Below are positions 47,513 through 57,541 of a DNA stretch of 64,000 nt, piece by piece. The notes below the pieces were generated by a model. The model was not told where the DNA came from. It worked only from the letters and a program-made list of their open reading frames with translations, and made no database searches. How positions within the stretch are numbered: the stretch's first letter is position 1; every line of letters starts with the position of its first letter. Both the position numbers and the translations under genes were made by a program. The stretch comes from Planctomycetota bacterium (GTDB lineage: Bacteria > Planctomycetota > Planctomycetia > Pirellulales > Lacipirellulaceae). Location of the stretch: contig JBCCXZ010000001.1 of the NCBI GenBank assembly GCA_039190745.1, positions 64,001 to 128,000 on the forward strand, in the 5' to 3' direction.

Positions 47513-50131
47513 ATGGCTTCGGCTTCGAAACCACCCACCCCGATGATGCAGCAGTACCACGAGGCCAAAGAGGCCGCGGGGGACGCGCTTTTGCTCTTCC
47601 GGATGGGCGACTTCTACGAACTCTTCTTCGAGGACGCGAAGACCGCCGCGGCGATGCTGGGTCTGTCTCTCACCAGCCGCGACAAGGGCGAAAACCCCGT
47701 GCCGATGGCGGGGTTCCCACACCACCAGCTCGACCAGTACCTGGCGAAGATCATCGCCGCCGGCCGCCGCGCCGCGGTGTGCGAGCAGGTCGAGGACCCC
47801 CGGCAGGCGAAGGGCATCGTCCGCCGCGAGGTGACGCGCGTGGTGTCTCGGGGTACAGTGACCGACGACGCGCTGCTCGACCCCGCGGAGAACAATTTCC
47901 TGTTGGCCGTGGCACCGGGCGAGCCGTGCGGGCTGGCTTGGATCGACGTCAGCACCGGCCGGTTCGAGGCGGGCGTGTGCGACCCGTTCTGCCTGCCGGA
48001 CGAGGTGGCGCGGCTGGAGCCGGCGGAGCTGCTCACTTCGGACGATGCCGCCCCGCTGCCGGCGGCGTGCAGCGAGAAGCGTATGGTCACCGGCCGGCCG
48101 GGCTGGGCGTTCGGCGTCGACGCAGCGTACGACGCATTGCGGAAGCAATTCGGCGTGCAGACGCTCGACGGGTTCGGATTCACCGAAGACGACGCCCCGG
48201 CGGTGCGTGCGGCGGGCGCCGTGATCGATTACCTCAACGAGACCCAGCCGGGGCTCTTGGCGAACGTCGACCGCGTAACGCCGTACCGCGTGGGGCAGTC
48301 CCTGGAGATCGACGCCGCTTCGCGTCGGAGTTTGGAGATCACTCAGACGCTGCGTGACGGCCGGCGGGAGGGTTCGCTGTGGGCCGTGATCGACCGGACG
48401 GTCACGTCGGCGGGCGCGCGGCTCTTGGGCGATTGGCTCGCCAACCCGCTGACCGACCCGCGGCGGATCGAGGCGCGGCTTGAGGCGGTCGATGAGCTAG
48501 TCGGGGACGAGTCGCTCACCAAGGCCATCCGTGAGCAGTTGCGCGGCGTCTACGACACGCAGCGGCTGCTCTCGCGCGTGGTGAGCGGCCGGGCGTCGCC
48601 CCGGGATCTGTCGTTTGTGGGGCGGACGCTCGCGCTGCTGCCCAAGCTGAAGGCGAAGCTCACCGGCCGGACGTCGGCCAGGCTGGGGCAGCTCGAGTCG
48701 CGGATCGACCTGTGCGGCGAGCTGCGCGACCGGCTCGACGGGGCGCTCGCGGACGACTGCCCGCTGACCAGCCGCGAGGGTGGCTTCATCCGCACCGAGT
48801 ATAGCGAAGAGCTCGATCAACTCCGCGAGCTGATGAAGGGCGGCAAGCGGTGGATGGCCGAGTACCAGGCGAAGGCTGTCGCCGAGAGCGGCATCCCCAA
48901 CATCAAGGTCGGTTTCAACAAAGTCTTTGGCTACTACCTGGAAGTCACGCACGCACACCGCGACAAGGTGCCGGCCGAGTTCATCCGCAAGCAGACGCTG
49001 AAGAACGCCGAGCGGTACATCACGCCGGAGCTGAAGGAGTACGAAGAGAAGGTGCTCACCGCCCAGGAGCGGGCATTTGATCTCGAGCACGAGCTGTTTG
49101 TTGAGCTCCGCGGCGTGGTGGCCGATGCGGCGAAGCGGCTGCAAGCGACGGCGGCGGCGCTGGCGGAAATCGACGTGCTTGCGGGGCTCGCCGACCTCGC
49201 GCGTTCGAGCGGCTACGTCCGGCCGACAATCGTCGACGAGCCGGTCTTGGACATCACGGCCGGCCGGCACCCGGTGCTCGATGTGCTCGAGCCGGCCGGG
49301 ACTTTCGTTCCGAATGACATAGCGGTTAGCTCACAGTCCGAAGAATCCGCAATTCTGCTGATTACGGGCCCCAACATGGCGGGGAAGAGCACTTACATCC
49401 GGCAGGCGGCGCTCTTGCAGTTGCTCGCGCAGATCGGCAGCTTTGTGCCGGCCGAGCGGGCGACCGTCGGCGTGGCGGACCGGATTTTCGCCCGCGTGGG
49501 GGCGAGCGACGACCTGGCCGGCGGGCGGAGCACGTTTATGGTCGAGATGACCGAGACGGCCCGCATTCTCAACACGGCCACGCGGCGCAGCTTAGTGATC
49601 CTCGATGAGATCGGCCGCGGCACGAGCACCTACGACGGGCTCTCGCTGGCGTGGGCGGTGGTCGAGCACCTGCACAACGAGGTCGGCTGCCGGACCCTAT
49701 TCGCCACGCACTACCACGAGCTAACCGAGCTGGCCGACGAGCTGCCGCGCGCCGGGAACCTCAACGTGGCGGTGAAGGAGTGGGAGGGCACAGTGGTGTT
49801 CCTGCACCGCATCGTGGCGGGGGCGGCGGACAAGAGCTACGGCATCCACGTGGCGGAGCTGGCCGGCGTGCCGCGGGGGGTCAATCGGCGAGCGGAGGAG
49901 ATCCTTGCCGACCTGGAAGGCGGCCGCCGCCGGGTCGACGCGCCGCAGAACGGGGCGCCGCGTCCGTCGGGCGCTTATCAGATGAAGCTGTTCGAGACGG
50001 TCGACCACCCGCTCTTGGAGGCGATCCGCTCGGCCGACCTGGAGCAGACGACGCCGCTGGAGGCGCTGCAGCTGGTGGCGGCGTGGCAGCGGCAGCTCGA
50101 GGGCGAAGCGGCGAAGGCGAAGCCGCGCTAG
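47513..50131 (+). CDS. mutS: DNA mismatch repair protein MutS
   Basis: TPMMQQY, FRMGDFYELF, GPNMAGKST, STFMVEM, DEIGRGTST, FATHYHE. Confidence 0.98.
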   Translation: MASASKPPTPMMQQYHEAKEAAGDALLLFRMGDFYELFFEDAKTAAAMLGLSLTSRDKGENPVPMAGFPHHQLDQYLAKIIAAGRRAAVCEQVEDPRQAKGIVRREVTRVVSRGTVTDDALLDPAENNFLLAVAPGEPCGLAWIDVSTGRFEAGVCDPFCLPDEVARLEPAELLTSDDAAPLPAACSEKRMVTGRPGWAFGVDAAYDALRKQFGVQTLDGFGFTEDDAPAVRAAGAVIDYLNETQPGLLANVDRVTPYRVGQSLEIDAASRRSLEITQTLRDGRREGSLWAVIDRTVTSAGARLLGDWLANPLTDPRRIEARLEAVDELVGDESLTKAIREQLRGVYDTQRLLSRVVSGRASPRDLSFVGRTLALLPKLKAKLTGRTSARLGQLESRIDLCGELRDRLDGALADDCPLTSREGGFIRTEYSEELDQLRELMKGGKRWMAEYQAKAVAESGIPNIKVGFNKVFGYYLEVTHAHRDKVPAEFIRKQTLKNAERYITPELKEYEEKVLTAQERAFDLEHELFVELRGVVADAAKRLQATAAALAEIDVLAGLADLARSSGYVRPTIVDEPVLDITAGRHPVLDVLEPAGTFVPNDIAVSSQSEESAILLITGPNMAGKSTYIRQAALLQLLAQIGSFVPAERATVGVADRIFARVGASDDLAGGRSTFMVEMTETARILNTATRRSLVILDEIGRGTSTYDGLSLAWAVVEHLHNEVGCRTLFATHYHELTELADELPRAGNLNVAVKEWEGTVVFLHRIVAGAADKSYGIHVAELAGVPRGVNRRAEEILADLEGGRRRVDAPQNGAPRPSGAYQMKLFETVDHPLLEAIRSADLEQTTPLEALQLVAAWQRQLEGEAAKAKPR

Positions 50132-50335
50132 CCGCTCGTAGCAATATGCCTGACTCAGAGCCCCGAGCGTCAGCGAGGGGGCAAAAGGCGTGTGAACCGC
50201 GGAGGACGTGGAGGCAGTCAGAGAGGGGGGCTGGTTGGGGCGTTTACTCCGGTTGCTGGAATCTGCCCGAGGCGTACTCTAGGATGCAGGGGTGAGGCCT
50301 GCGGCAACCCATCCAAGTGACGAGAGCGAACCTCC

Positions 50336-50590
50336 ATGAGCCCCAACGCCGAGAGCATTCTTGCTTCCGCGATGGAGTTGCCCGCCGAAGAGCGGGCGGC
50401 GCTGATCGATGCTCTGAACCTGAGTCTGCTCCGCTCGGGTGTCGATGAGGGGCAGGCTGAAGAAGTGCAGAGCGCGTGGGGTGATGAGATCGCCCGGCGG
50501 CTGGAGGAGATCGAGAGCGGCAGGGTGAAGCTCGTGCCCGCGGACGAAGCCGAGAGGATGATCCGCGGCGATGAGCGACCTCAAGTTTGA
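50336..50590 (+). CDS. Addiction-module antitoxin
   Basis: AMELPAEERAALIDAL...AWGDEIARRLEEIESG; overlaps the toxin start. Confidence 0.85.
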   Translation: MSPNAESILASAMELPAEERAALIDALNLSLLRSGVDEGQAEEVQSAWGDEIARRLEEIESGRVKLVPADEAERMIRGDERPQV

Positions 50591-50876
50591 GTACCACTCT
50601 GAGGCGATCATAGAGGCGCACGAAGCGTACCATTGGTACGCGTCTAAGAGCGAAGAAGTCGCCGATCGCTTCTGGTTGCGGCTACAGAGCAGACGGATTG
50701 CAGTCACACGGAACCCAGCCGTGTGGACGCCCTACCTGCGCGGCACGCGCTGCGTTCTGCTGAGGCCGTTTCCCTACGGCTTGGTATTCGTCGAGCGAGC
50801 CGACACGATTGTTGGCGTGGCGGTTGCTCATCTTCACCGCAGGCCGGGCTATTGGCGCGGTCGGCTTGAGGATTGA
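50571..50876 (+). CDS. RelE/ParE family toxin
   Basis: EA...WY, RF, RPFPYGLVF, VAVAHLHRRPGYW. Confidence 0.87.
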   Translation: MSDLKFEYHSEAIIEAHEAYHWYASKSEEVADRFWLRLQSRRIAVTRNPAVWTPYLRGTRCVLLRPFPYGLVFVERADTIVGVAVAHLHRRPGYWRGRLED

Positions 50877-50891
50877 TCGAGCACTTCTTTG

Positions 50892-50917
50892 GTGCCATGC
50901 CCACGCTTGCGTGGGCA
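50892..50917. repeat. Palindromic repeat family C
   Basis: GTGCCATGCCCACGCTTGCGTGGGCA. Confidence 0.65.
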
Positions 50918-50986
50918 ACCATCAACCGATTATCGTCATGGCCATGAAGGTGTGGACATAGTCCGGAGCACGGGAAGGAATGGTTT

Positions 50987-51853
50987 GTGGGTACTTTTTC
51001 TGAACGAATGGGCATAGTCGAAGTGCCGGCAATGCTTCAATTGGACGAGATGCCTCCAGCTCTCAAGAACTCACTCTGGAACGTTCTTCTCCTGACCTTC
51101 CAAGACAAGAACTGGAGCAACTGGAACATAGTTTGTCGACACGCGGCGATTGGCTTCTACAAGGTGCCAGCGGATGAGTTGCCAATGCAAGAACACCAGA
51201 GTCTAGATTGGTTCAAGGTGCGCTTTTTCGCATTGCCCTGGTATCACGTCTACGATCTTGTAGAGTTCATAGTCACGCGACAGACCCTATTCGGTGAGAT
51301 ATCTGGCGGGAAGTCAGAAACTCGGCTCCAGATTCTTCTTTCTGGAACCAATCGCGTGTTAGAGGAAGAGAGGGCCGGTTATCGTTTAACGCAAGGTGTA
51401 TTCGCAGCGATAACAAGTAACACTGAAACGGGAGAGATTCAAGAGGCGGTCCAGAACGCCAGTGCTCATGGTGTGCAAGGTGCTTCTACGCATCTTGACA
51501 CTGCAATTAGGCATTTCAGCAAGCGACCCGATCCCGATTATCGAAACGCGATTAAGGAAGCAATAAGTGCGGTAGAATCGGCGGCGAAAGTGCTCTCTGG
51601 TGAGGCGGCCGGTGGTCTAGAGTCAGCACTGTCTGCGTTGTCTGAGAAGACAGAGCTTCATAGTGCACTCCGCAGCGCGTTCTGCAAGCTTTACGGTTAT
51701 ACGAGCGATGAGGATGGTATCCGGCACGCCATTCTGGAAGAGAAAGACGTTGGGTTTGATGAAGCGAAGTACATGATTGTGTCATGCTCAGCATTCGTGA
51801 ACTTCCTTATCGCGAAAGCAGTTAAGGCGGGAGTTATTGAGAGTGGACGGTAA
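50987..51853 (+). CDS. AbiJ N-terminal-domain-like protein with a putative HEPN-like C-terminus
   Basis: FSERMG, LKNSLWN, WYHVYDLVEF, PDYRNAIKEAISAVE, LYGYTSDEDGIRHA; markedly AT-richer. Confidence 0.7.
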   Translation: MGTFSERMGIVEVPAMLQLDEMPPALKNSLWNVLLLTFQDKNWSNWNIVCRHAAIGFYKVPADELPMQEHQSLDWFKVRFFALPWYHVYDLVEFIVTRQTLFGEISGGKSETRLQILLSGTNRVLEEERAGYRLTQGVFAAITSNTETGEIQEAVQNASAHGVQGASTHLDTAIRHFSKRPDPDYRNAIKEAISAVESAAKVLSGEAAGGLESALSALSEKTELHSALRSAFCKLYGYTSDEDGIRHAILEEKDVGFDEAKYMIVSCSAFVNFLIAKAVKAGVIESGR

Positions 51854-51936
51854 GTCAGGCGGCTGCAAAACCCATGCTTTCGTTGGTACTCACGACCGGA
51901 CAGCATAGCGATTCAAGAATTGCCATGGCGTACAGG

Positions 51937-54333
51937 TCAGTTGGTTGCCGGTGAGATCAGCAACTCCCGCAACCGCTCCTCAAACGCAACCCACGCTTCT
52001 CCTGTTAGGTACTCGTCCTGCGACACGCTCGATACCGTGCGGCGCTCGCCGGCGCGCACTTCGACCAGCGCGTTGCCCAGCGTGTTGACGGGGGTTTTCT
52101 TGAAAGCCTCAGAAGAGAGCCGACCCAGGTAGAACCGCTCGGCGGTGTCGGCCGTGAGCAGCTCGGCGTCGTCGATCCGGCCCGATTCTTTGAGCGCTAG
52201 GCGGCGTTCGGGCAGGCCGGCCAGGTCGAGCCGACCGGTTTTCATTCCGACCAGCCCGAGCATCGGGTTGTCCGCGTTGTGGTTCGCCCGGATCAGTTCG
52301 GCGTCGGGGTACGCCCGCAAGAAGCTGGCGGCGATGATGGCGAACTGCTCTTCGGTGAGTTGGTACATCGGCAGCCACTGGCAGAAGACGCCACCGTCGC
52401 GGAGCGCACGCCGGGCGGCCGTGAAGTGCTCGACGCTGAACAGCCGGCCCTCGCCGGCGCCGTAGGGGCGGTAGAGGTCGCCGGCGATGACGTCGTACTG
52501 GTCGACCGACGCGGCGACGTAGGTGCGGCCGTCTTCGACCACGGCCCGGGCCTGCGGGTTCTCGAAGAACCGCGCGTTGTAGTCCCCGAAGTGCAGCTGA
52601 GCGGCTTCGGCCACCAGCGGCGAGAGCTCGATGGCGGTCATCTCGCACGACGCGGAGAAGTCGAGGGCGGCGCCGGCAGAGATGCCGGTCGCCAGCCCGA
52701 CGCAGCAGACCCGCTCGGGGTTGGGGTGCAGTAGCAGCGGCAGCAGCACTTGGCGCCGCTCGTCGCGCATCGAGCCGCTGCTGCCGAGCAGGTACTGGTT
52801 GTTGACGACGATGGCCCGGCCCCGCGAGCGGCTCTCGGTGACCATCAGCACGCCGTCGCGGCCAAACCGTGTGTCCAGCACTTCGGCGCCTTCGAGGGCC
52901 CGCGGGTTCAGGTAGGGGATCCTTGGCAGCAGCGATCCGCCGAACGCGAGCGGGGTCGCGAACACGCCGAGGCCGATCGCCGTGCGCACGACGCCGGATC
53001 GGGCCCAAGGTCGGAGCACCAGCACCGCGGCGGAACCGTAGATCGCACCCACGGCGGCGAAGCCGGCGTAGACGCCAAAGAGCGGCAGGACGGCGAGGTT
53101 CGTGAGCTCGGCCCCAACGATGCCGCCGACGCCGTTGGCGGCGAGCAGCAGGCCGAGCCGCTCGCCGCGGCTGTCGCCCTCCTCGCTGCCGGTCCAGGCG
53201 AAGACGGTTGGCATCACCATCCCGCCAAGCAGCAGCGCGGGGCCTACGGTGGTGAAGGCGAGCGCCCCGACCGCGAGCGTGAACCCGAGGGTGGTCGTCG
53301 CGAGCGCAGTGGGCAGCAGGTCTGCGGCGGAGACCTGATACAGCCCGCTGCTGCGGTAGAGCAGCCAGGGGGTGATCGCCGAGGTGATCGCGGCCCCCGC
53401 CAGGGCCAGCAGCAGCCACCCTTTCGGCGACGAGCGGAACCTGAGAAGCAGTGGGAAGGCAATCGCCGCAACCGCGAGCAGCAGGATGACAACCGCCAGA
53501 ACTGCGACGGTCGCTTGCAGCGACGAGGGCACGACCATGCCGAGGAGCCGGATCGCGAGGATCTCGAGCGTGAGCATGGCGGCGCCCGAACCGAACGAAA
53601 GCAGGAGCGCGGGGCGGAGCATGAGCGGCGGTTCGGTTGCGGCGGGTTTTGCGCGGCCGCTCTTCCTGCGGTCTCGCTTCGCCGATCTCGTGGGTTGCGG
53701 TTGGGCCGCGGGCGTATTCTCGGAGCGACGTAAGAACAGCGCAGCGGCGCCGATGGCAAGGTTCACCAGCGCGGCCGCCGCCATGCTGCCTACCACGCCG
53801 AACCGTCCCAAGAGCACGGTGCTGGTGACTAGCAACCCGATGACGCCTCCGAGCGTGTTCACGCCGTACAGCAGCACCCCCTGACGCGACAGTGTGGCCC
53901 GGCCGTCTAAGAGCGCTGCGGCGAAGAAGGGCAGGGTCATGCCCATCGGGATCGCGGGCGGCAGGACCACTACGATGCTCAGCAGCGTCTTGATCGAAGC
54001 GCCCTGCCAGCCGACGAGCCGGTCGGGGCCGAGGGCGGGCCAGATCCAGTCGGTCCACCAGGGCAGCGTCAGCGCGGGGACCGTAAGCAGGGCGATGGCC
54101 GCCTCGCAGCAGGCGATGGCGAGCCAGGCGGACTTGACCTTCGGCAGCAACCTTGCGGCGACGACCCCCCCGATGGCCAGGCCCAGGAAGAAACACCCGA
54201 AGACGCGTGAAGTGGCCTCACCGGTGGCGCCCATGAGGTCGATCAGCCGCCGGGTCCACAGCAGCTCGTGGGAGAGCGCAGCCGCCCCGCTGAACAGAGC
54301 AAGCGTAAGCGTGAGGCGGGTGAGCTTGGCCAT
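51937..54333 (-). CDS. Fused multi-TM (MFS-like)/spermidine synthase-like protein
   Basis: SGAAALSHELLWTR, LYGVNTLGG, HPNPERVCCVGLATG, EDGR, YDVIAGD, QWLP. Confidence 0.85.
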   Translation of the reverse strand: MAKLTRLTLTLALFSGAAALSHELLWTRRLIDLMGATGEATSRVFGCFFLGLAIGGVVAARLLPKVKSAWLAIACCEAAIALLTVPALTLPWWTDWIWPALGPDRLVGWQGASIKTLLSIVVVLPPAIPMGMTLPFFAAALLDGRATLSRQGVLLYGVNTLGGVIGLLVTSTVLLGRFGVVGSMAAAALVNLAIGAAALFLRRSENTPAAQPQPTRSAKRDRRKSGRAKPAATEPPLMLRPALLLSFGSGAAMLTLEILAIRLLGMVVPSSLQATVAVLAVVILLLAVAAIAFPLLLRFRSSPKGWLLLALAGAAITSAITPWLLYRSSGLYQVSAADLLPTALATTTLGFTLAVGALAFTTVGPALLLGGMVMPTVFAWTGSEEGDSRGERLGLLLAANGVGGIVGAELTNLAVLPLFGVYAGFAAVGAIYGSAAVLVLRPWARSGVVRTAIGLGVFATPLAFGGSLLPRIPYLNPRALEGAEVLDTRFGRDGVLMVTESRSRGRAIVVNNQYLLGSSGSMRDERRQVLLPLLLHPNPERVCCVGLATGISAGAALDFSASCEMTAIELSPLVAEAAQLHFGDYNARFFENPQARAVVEDGRTYVAASVDQYDVIAGDLYRPYGAGEGRLFSVEHFTAARRALRDGGVFCQWLPMYQLTEEQFAIIAASFLRAYPDAELIRANHNADNPMLGLVGMKTGRLDLAGLPERRLALKESGRIDDAELLTADTAERFYLGRLSSEAFKKTPVNTLGNALVEVRAGERRTVSSVSQDEYLTGEAWVAFEERLRELLISPATN

Positions 54334-54736
54334 GGCGGGAGGCGGGTTCCTAGCGGTCTGGCTCGGTGGAGCGGATAGCGTTCTCAACGTCGCGGCGGGC
54401 CAAGCAGCCGTTTAGATCACAAATCGCTGCTCGGTGCTACTGGGACGCCAGGTGACCGTTCCGGTACACAAGAAACGACCATCGCCGCGCCTTGCGCAGC
54501 TATGGACTGAGGCAAGTTGTTGGGGAGCGAGACTGCCGCCTGGGAGTCGCAGACAAACGGAGTCGGCGGTCGACGCCCCGCCGCACCGGCGCCACTCGGC
54601 GTACGGGGGCGACGCGGCGGACCGGCGTCGCCAAGCGAGAGGTTGCAACCTAAGCGCGGGCGACCGGGCGGCGGACCGGCGGTTTGGCCACGAACGGGTC
54701 GCCCGTGGCGACCGCAGGGCCGGGTTGTGCCGTGGG

Positions 54737-55501
54737 CTAGGCTGGGCTTCTCTCGAAGAGACCGACATTGTCGAGGGCAGCGGTGAGCTCGAAGCCTTCC
54801 CTTCGGATCGTGTCGATGATCTGCAGTTGCTTCTCGACGCCGTAGATCTCGGGGTGGAACTCAACGACAGCCGTCCGGATGCAGTCGGGCAGATTCGGCT
54901 TGGCGAGCAGCATAGTCTCTTCGGAGCCCTCGATGTCGAGGACCAAGGCGTCTGGTCGCAGGTTGTGCTCACGCATCACGTCGCTGATGAAGATGCGGTT
55001 GTCGCACTCGTTGTCGCTGGGAGAGTCCGCGACGCCTTCTCCAAAGACGACGGTGCCGCCTAGCGAGCCGCCGGATTCGTCGAAGTCGAAAGAGAGCGGG
55101 ATGCGCTCCATCAAGGGGAATGCGAATCCCGTGAGAATCTCGACGTTGGGGCTGCTGCCCAGCCACTGCGACGAGTACTCGGTGATGGAAGGCGAGGCCT
55201 CGACGCTCACAACCCTTCCCGAGTCGCCGACGAGCTGCTGCAACACAGCCGTGACGATTCCGATAGAGCCGCCGAACTCAAGTACCTGATCGCCCGGTCG
55301 TATCGACCGTTTGCAGAGAGCCCTCTCGGCGAGCTCGTAGCCCTGCGGGTCGCGGCTGAGCAGCCGTTTCACCCCGAAGGAGTACGGTGCATTTCGGATC
55401 TGGATGCGGGCGGACTCGACCTCGCAACTCTCTGGCCAGACCGATTCCGGCACCAAGTGCTTGAGGAGGAACCTCCGAGCGTAGAGTGCGGACTTGAGCA
55501 T
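54737..55501 (-). CDS. FkbM family methyltransferase
   Basis: VLEFGGSIG, VSVEASP, LDIEGSE, VEFH. Confidence 0.8.
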   Translation of the reverse strand: MLKSALYARRFLLKHLVPESVWPESCEVESARIQIRNAPYSFGVKRLLSRDPQGYELAERALCKRSIRPGDQVLEFGGSIGIVTAVLQQLVGDSGRVVSVEASPSITEYSSQWLGSSPNVEILTGFAFPLMERIPLSFDFDESGGSLGGTVVFGEGVADSPSDNECDNRIFISDVMREHNLRPDALVLDIEGSEETMLLAKPNLPDCIRTAVVEFHPEIYGVEKQLQIIDTIRREGFELTAALDNVGLFERSPA

Positions 55502-55514
55502 TGGTGGTCCTGGG

Positions 55515-57296
55515 TTACTGATCGAGCTTGATGCCCAGCTCGCGGAGCTGCTTGAGGTCGACCGTGCCGGGGGCCTCGGTCATCAGGTCGGTCGCCTTCT
55601 GGGTCTTGGGGAAGGCGATCACGTCGCGGATGCTCTCGAACTTGCCGCGGCTGAAGAGCATGACCCAGCGGTCGATGCCCAGGGCGATGCCGCCGTGCGG
55701 CGGGGCGCCGTACTGGAGGGCCTCGAGCAGGAAGCCGAACCGCTCTTTGGCGGTCTCCTCATCGATGCCCAAGAGGCCAAAGACCTGGCTCTGGACGCCG
55801 GCGTCGTGGATCCGGATCGTGCCGCCGCCGGCCTCGCTGCCGTTGATCACCAGGTCGTACGCCTTCGCCCGGCACTTGCCGGGATCGGAGTCGAGCAGCT
55901 CGACGTGTTCGTCGAGCGGGGCGGTGAACGGGTGGTGCATCGCCTGCCAGCGCTTCTCGTCCGCGTCGTACTCGAACATGGGGAACTCGGTCACCCACGA
56001 GAAGTGCATCGCCTCTTTATCGTAGAGTTGCATCTCGCGTCCGATCTTGGTCCGCAGGGCGTGCAGCACCTTGCAGGTGGCGGCCCAGTCAGCGGCGGAG
56101 AAGAGGATCAGGTCGCCTGGCTCGGCGCCCATCCGCTCGCTGAACTCCTGCAGCAACTCGGGCGTGAAGAACTTGGCGATCGTGCCGCCGAGCGAGCCGT
56201 CTTCCTCCACCTTGAACCAGGCGAGGCCCTTAGCGCCGTGCTCCTTGACGAACTCGGTGAGGGCGTCGATGCCGCGGCGACTGTAGTGGCTCTGGCCGTT
56301 CTTGACGCACAGCGCGCGGACGGCGCTGCCCTCGGCCTCGGCGACGTTCTTGAACACAGCGAACTCGCTCTTGGCGGCCAGGTCGGTGCAGTCGACGATT
56401 TCCAGGCCGAAACGCAGGTCGGGGGCGTCGTGGCCGAAGCGACGCATCGCCTCGTCGTAGGTCATGCAGGGCAGCGGCGTGGTGACCTCGACGCCCAGCA
56501 CCTCCTGGGCGAGCTGGGCGACCAGGCCGTCGATCTCGCCGGTGACGTCGTCCTGCTCGACGAACGACATCTCGAGGTCGAGCTGGGTGAACTCGGGCTG
56601 CCGGTCGGCGCGGAGGTCTTCGTCGCGGAAGCAGCGGGCGACCTGCACGTAGCGGTCGTAGCCAGCGATCATCAGGATCTGTTTGTAGAGCTGCGGCGAC
56701 TGTGGCAGGGCATAGAAGGCTCCGTTGTGCACGCGGCTGGGCACGAGGTAGTCGCGGGCGCCCTCTGGGGTGCTGCGGCCGAGGACGGGCGTCTCGACGT
56801 CGATGAAGCCGCGCTCCTCAAAGTAGTCGCGCATGCCCTTCACCAGCCGGGCGCGGAGGAGGATGGCCTCCTGCATCTCGGGCCGCCGGAGGTCGAGGTA
56901 GCGGTGCTTCAGGCGGAGGTCTTCGCCGGGCAGCTCCTTCACGGTGGGGCTCGGCGAGACGGGCGGGGTGAGGCTCTTGTTGAGCAGCTCCAGCTTCGTG
57001 ACCCGTACTTCGATCGCGCCGGTCTTCAGTTTGGGGTTGGCCATCCCCTCGGGCCGCGCGGCGACGTTGCCTTCGACGCGGATGACGTACTCGGCACGGA
57101 GCACCTTGCTCTCCTCGATCACCTCAGCCGACGAGTCGGGCGGGTTGAACACCACCTGCGTCAGGCCGTAGCGGTCGCGGAGGTCGACGAAGAGCCCGCC
57201 GCCGTGGTCGCGGTAGGTGTCGACCCATCCGCAGAGGGTGACGGTTTGGCCGATGGCGGCGTCGGTGAGCTCGCCGCAGGTGTGGGACCTAAGCAC
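55515..57296 (-). CDS. aspS: Aspartate--tRNA ligase
   Basis: GTG start LRSHTCGEL, DLRDRYG, STPEGARDY, QSPQLYKQ, FRDEDLRADRQPEFTQ, PPHGGIALG; DHGG suggests the non-discriminating Asp/Asn type. Confidence 0.97.
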   Translation of the reverse strand: MLRSHTCGELTDAAIGQTVTLCGWVDTYRDHGGGLFVDLRDRYGLTQVVFNPPDSSAEVIEESKVLRAEYVIRVEGNVAARPEGMANPKLKTGAIEVRVTKLELLNKSLTPPVSPSPTVKELPGEDLRLKHRYLDLRRPEMQEAILLRARLVKGMRDYFEERGFIDVETPVLGRSTPEGARDYLVPSRVHNGAFYALPQSPQLYKQILMIAGYDRYVQVARCFRDEDLRADRQPEFTQLDLEMSFVEQDDVTGEIDGLVAQLAQEVLGVEVTTPLPCMTYDEAMRRFGHDAPDLRFGLEIVDCTDLAAKSEFAVFKNVAEAEGSAVRALCVKNGQSHYSRRGIDALTEFVKEHGAKGLAWFKVEEDGSLGGTIAKFFTPELLQEFSERMGAEPGDLILFSAADWAATCKVLHALRTKIGREMQLYDKEAMHFSWVTEFPMFEYDADEKRWQAMHHPFTAPLDEHVELLDSDPGKCRAKAYDLVINGSEAGGGTIRIHDAGVQSQVFGLLGIDEETAKERFGFLLEALQYGAPPHGGIALGIDRWVMLFSRGKFESIRDVIAFPKTQKATDLMTEAPGTVDLKQLRELGIKLDQ

Positions 57297-57322
57297 GGGT
57301 GCCTCGCTTTGATTTATGGGGG

Positions 57323-57470
57323 CACCACGGAGGCACGAGGACACGGACGAGAAACAAGTGGGAACACTAATCGACGCTAATCTGCACTAATCTGATTAGT
57401 GAAGATCAGTGCTTATTATTGTTCCTACCTTTCTCTTGTCTCTTTCTGTGTCCTCTGTGCCTCCGTGGTG
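57323..57470. repeat. Long nested palindrome upstream of aspS
   Basis: CACCACGGAGGCAC-GAGGACAC ... GTGTCCTC-T-GTGCCTCCGTGGTG outer arms; inner CTAATC x3 and CACTAATC-T-GATTAGTG. Confidence 0.8.
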
Positions 57471-57541
57471 AACGCTCTCTTCTCTCGACTCGACCGGGGC
57501 GGCCGAAAACCTGGGATTGTATTTCCCCGGCGTCCCAGCCG

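Noticed and set aside
54412..54730. Gene or structured RNA between the spermidine-synthase-like and FkbM genes
   Set aside because: ORFs are low-complexity with no motifs, and no recognisable RNA family
55494..57380. Long antisense ORFs (also 28699-30636, 8238-9512, 52109-54196 and many others)
   Set aside because: Shadow frames of well-supported genes, expected from high GC3 bias; no recognisable motifs
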